Source: Macrostomum lignano (taxonomy: Eukaryota). From it: 64,000 nucleotides of DNA. Made by a program: the position numbers and the translations under genes. The notes under the pieces are model-generated. The model saw nothing but the letters and a program-made list of their open reading frames with translations. It had not been told where the DNA came from and made no database searches. Below are positions 60,416 to 64,000 of this stretch, one piece after another. The stretch lies in assembly GCA_002269645.1 (NCBI GenBank), contig NIVC01000038.1:558001-622000 (forward strand). The letters are read 5' to 3'. The stretch's first letter is position 1. Each line of letters opens with the position of its first letter.

Positions 60416-63400
60416 CTAGGCCAAACCGTGCACCCTGAACCGATACAGACAGGTGTACATCTCGTTGCCATGGTTACTCTCAACAACCAGCTCCACGTAT
60501 TCCCAGTAGCGTTCAGTGGTCGAATTGAGATGAAACGTCTGCGAAGCGGGTCCCGTGTCGGCGTTGTAGACAAAGGAACCCAAAATCACAGCTTCGGTGA
60601 AAGCTGTGTAGGAGGACTCCAGGCCATAGACAGAGAAGTTCCGCGGCGCGCTGCTCATGGAGGCATTGTAGGACACCTCCCTGGCGGCATGGTCGATGGT
60701 CACCGAGCTGACTCTGGCGGGCACGGCCAGGCGGACTATGAGATGTCCGGGGAAGCCCTGGGGACAGAGAGATTGAAGCGAGTTTGTTTTTTAAAAATAC
60801 ACTTAGTTATAAATAGCCGATAAAGATCTGTCTGATAGAAAAATTTGTTTATAAACTGTGTGAGACAGACAGACACTGAGACAGACACTGAGACAGACAC
60901 TGAGGCAGACACTGGGCAGACACTGGGCAGACACTGAGACAGACACTGAGGCAGACACTGGGCAGACACTGAGACAGACACTAGGAGGGGCACTGACACA
61001 GACACTGACACAGACACTGAGGCAGACACTGAGACAGACATTAAGACAGACACTGAGGCAGACACTGAGGCAGACACTGGGACAGACACTGAGACAGACA
61101 CTGAGGCAGACACTGAGACACACACTGAGGCAGACACTGGGCAGACACTGAGACAGAAACTGAGACACACACTGAGACAGACACTGAGGCAGACACTGGG
61201 CAGACACTGAGGCAGACACTGAGACAGACACTGAGGCAGACACTGAGACAGACACTAAGACAGACACTGAGACAGACACTGAGACAGTCACTAAGACAGA
61301 CACTGAGACAGACACTGAGACAGACACTGAGACTGACACTGTGAGAGACACTGAGAGTCACTAAGACAGACACTGAGACAGACACTGAGACAGACACTGA
61401 GACAGTCACTAAGACAGACACTGAGACAGACACTGAGACAGACACTGAGACAGACACTGAGACAGTCACTAAGACAGACACTAAGACAGACACTGAGACA
61501 GCCACTAAGTCGGACACAAGGACAGACACTGACACACAGTCAGACAAGTTTTGATTTGTCAGAAACTCTGCAACAGCCCGTAGTCAGCGCACCTGGAAGG
61601 CCCAGCACTCGCCCAGATTGGTGTCGGGCTCCAATGCTGTAGTTGGCGACCGTGAGAAGGCCAACACAGGGAAGCCGAACAGTTCCACAACGGAGGCCTG
61701 GCCGTTATAGGCCACTGTGCACCGGGTGCCAACCACGTAGGCGCCAGCGCTGTGCAGAGCAAAGTCCGGCACTAAGTTTGGAAATGGATCATCAGCTTTG
61801 AAGTCGCGAATGCTGCAGTTGCAGCTGCTAGAGGCCAGTCGTTCAACGGCGACAAGTCGCCTGCGGTACTCCGCCAGCTGACGATGCAGCCGAACTGCTT
61901 CGGTGACGTTACCAGCTGGATAAGTCTCGTTTACGGTGTCATTGCAGCTGCTACCAGGCACTGGTGGAGAATCTTTCAGCTGAGCTAGTTGCTCCTCGAT
62001 GTTATTTACCTGCCTCTGTAGTGCAGCAATAGACTGTCTGCGACCTTCGTCTTCACCAGCAATAGATGCTGCAGAAGATTCAACAGCGAATAGGCGTTGT
62101 TTATTATCGCTTTCAGTCTGTTGCAGAAGCACCAGCTGCTGCTGATAGTTGTTTAACTGCTGTTGTAGTTCGACTGTTAGCTTTTGCTGTTCGCCTAAAC
62201 CGTTCTCCTGTGCAGCAGAGAAGGATGCCTCTACAGCATTTATCCGTTCGGATACATTTGAAACAAAAATCTGATGCTTAGCATCTAAATTTCTCTGATA
62301 CTCTTCAAGCTGCTGCTTCAAATCTTCTGCTTTTACTTGTTTAGTGACCGTCTTCAAGCTGGACTCGAGCTCATCAAGACGCTTTGTCACTGTTAAAGCA
62401 AGTTTGCGTTGTTCAACTTCTGCTTCTTTGAGGACAGCCAGCTGCTGCTGGTAAGTGCTGAACTGGTCCTGCAATTCCACTGTTAACTTGGACTGCTCTG
62501 ATGCATCCTGCGACTTGCTAGAAGTCAACAATGTCACGGTTGATTCAACAGTTGCAAGACGTTCAGACATGGATGTTGCAAGTTTACGCAGTTCAGCTTC
62601 AGCTTCTTTAAGCTTTACGAGATCTTCAACCAGACTTTCCTTATCTGCTCCTAATGAGGTTATTGACGATTCCAATGCAAATAATCGATCAGAAACATTA
62701 GCATTCACACTCTGCTGCTCCGTACTAAACTGTTTTAATAGCAATAACTGCTCTTGATAACCGGACAGTTGCTGCTCGAAAGTTTTAGCTATTTTGGAAC
62801 GCTCAGCTGAGTTGTGCTCATTTGACAGAGTGGATGCAGTCTCAAGAGCACTTAGACGCTCAGAAACGGCCGAGGAAAGTTTTCGCTGCTCCGCTTCTGC
62901 GTCTTTAAGCAACGCCAACTGCAGCTGATAGGCATTGAGTTGTTTTTCCAGATCGGATTTCTGCTTCGCTTGTTCCTTAACCTCAGCTTCTTTCGATAGC
63001 GCATTTGCCGAGACAGCAGCTTCTAGAGCAGTCAACTGTTCCGACAATTTTGCAACAAGCGTTTGCTTTTCAGACTCCTTGTCCTGCAATAGCTTCAGCT
63101 GATCTTCATAACCACTCAATTGATTTTTCATCTCTGCAATTAGTTCTTTTTGCATTTCGTCACTATCAAATTGCTTAACCAAAGCTACAGCCGACTTAGC
63201 CTCTACAGAAGCATTTTCAGAAATCTTCTCATTTGCATCGAGCCGCTCAGAGATGGCGCCTATTTGAAGTTGATATTCTTTTAACTTTTCCTGCAATACC
63301 GAAATCTCATTATTCTGCTTGGTAAGATCAGAATTTGGTTGTGAAGTCTCAGCAGACTCAACATTTACTGGCTTAGATTCGCCAAACGAATTCAGAGTCG

Positions 63401-64000
63401 ATTCAACCGACACTAAACGTTGCTGAACAGCTTCTACCAGTTTTTTCTGCTCAGCCTCAGCCTGGCGCAGTTGCTCCAACTGCTTTTGATAATCGCTCAA
63501 ATGTTGTCGCAGATCAATCATTGCTTTTCGCCGTTTACCATCCTCGCCGCCGTCTTTTAGGCTAGCTGCAGAGGAGAGCACAGCTTCAATAGCTAGCAAG
63601 CGTTCTGAGATGCCACTAATTGTAGTTACTTGTTCAGACTCTGCCAGCTGCATTTGCTGTAGCAGCCTGTTCTGATTATCTAAGTCACTGGCCAGCTTAA
63701 GGCGCTCAGCAGTTGCATTCTCATGATTAGATGAAGCCATGAGGTGTACAGATTCGATACGCTCCGACATAGAAACGCTGGATTTTCTCAGCTCGATTTC
63801 AGACTCTTGCAACTGCGACAGCTGCTTCTGACAGGTCTCCATTAGGTTGCGAAGTTCCAGAAGCTGCTTCTCTCTGTCTGAGTCACTATTGCGCAATCCA
63901 GTTTTCACCTCTGAGACTAATTTTTCTACAGCAATTAAACGTTTGACAAAGGAGTCATCTGTCTCGATTTGTTGTACATCTGCCTGTTTCAACAAGTCAA
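60416..64000 (-). CDS. SUN-domain nuclear envelope (LINC) protein, 3' part; exons >64000-61593 and 60757-60416
   Basis: Long heptad region, then PDFALHSAGA.VV.TRCT...SP..ALEP....GECWAFQ|GFPGHLIVRL...VTIDH...SSAPRNFSVYGL...SNHGNEMYTCLYRFRVHG. Phase-0 intron 60758-61592 (CAG|GTGCGC..CCCCAG|GGC). Start codon and TM segment lie outside the window. Confidence 0.93.
60862..61545 (+). repeat. (GACAGACACTGA)n-type 12-bp degenerate repeat filling the SUN intron
   Basis: ctgagacagaca / ctgaggcagaca units. Confidence 0.93.

Noticed and set aside
59719-61547. Repeat-rich ORFs (RVCPLNSPQS, VSVSVS, CLSV)
   Set aside because: 33-bp and 12-bp tandem repeats; only 60416-60757 is coding (SUN last exon).
1-64000. 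rRNA, tRNA, CRISPR arrays, prokaryotic operons
   Set aside because: No such signatures; spliceosomal introns and animal gene families indicate a eukaryotic locus.

Overview
Eukaryotic (animal) genomic DNA. The style, with minisatellite-filled introns and (GACA)n tracts, resembles a free-living flatworm such as Macrostomum; that attribution is inference only. The left 54 kb is a tandem segmental triplication, each unit carrying a minus-strand TRP cation channel gene with ~15 N-terminal ankyrin repeats but a TRPM-like pre-S1/6TM/TRP-box/coiled-coil core. Copy 1 (1-2582) is partial and frame-intact, copy 2 (15426-20291) has 3 frameshifts, and copy 3 (43618-48242) is intact at ~1473 aa with 2 coding exons. 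Between copies 2 and 3 lie a 4.3-kb palindrome with outward-facing CCAAT/CCAAT/TATA promoters and, 44 bp to its right, a decayed Maverick/Polinton gene block (integrase, minor capsid, basic core-like protein, major capsid, adenain-like protease, truncated packaging ATPase). The same interval holds a full-length degenerate Gypsy element with 5-bp TSD nested in an older Gypsy relic, and a mariner deletion derivative. The right end carries a 3-exon CD36/SCARB gene and the 3' part of a SUN-domain gene with a very long repeated coiled coil. Many long ORFs in the supplied track are minisatellite artefacts. No rRNA, tRNA or CRISPR array was found.
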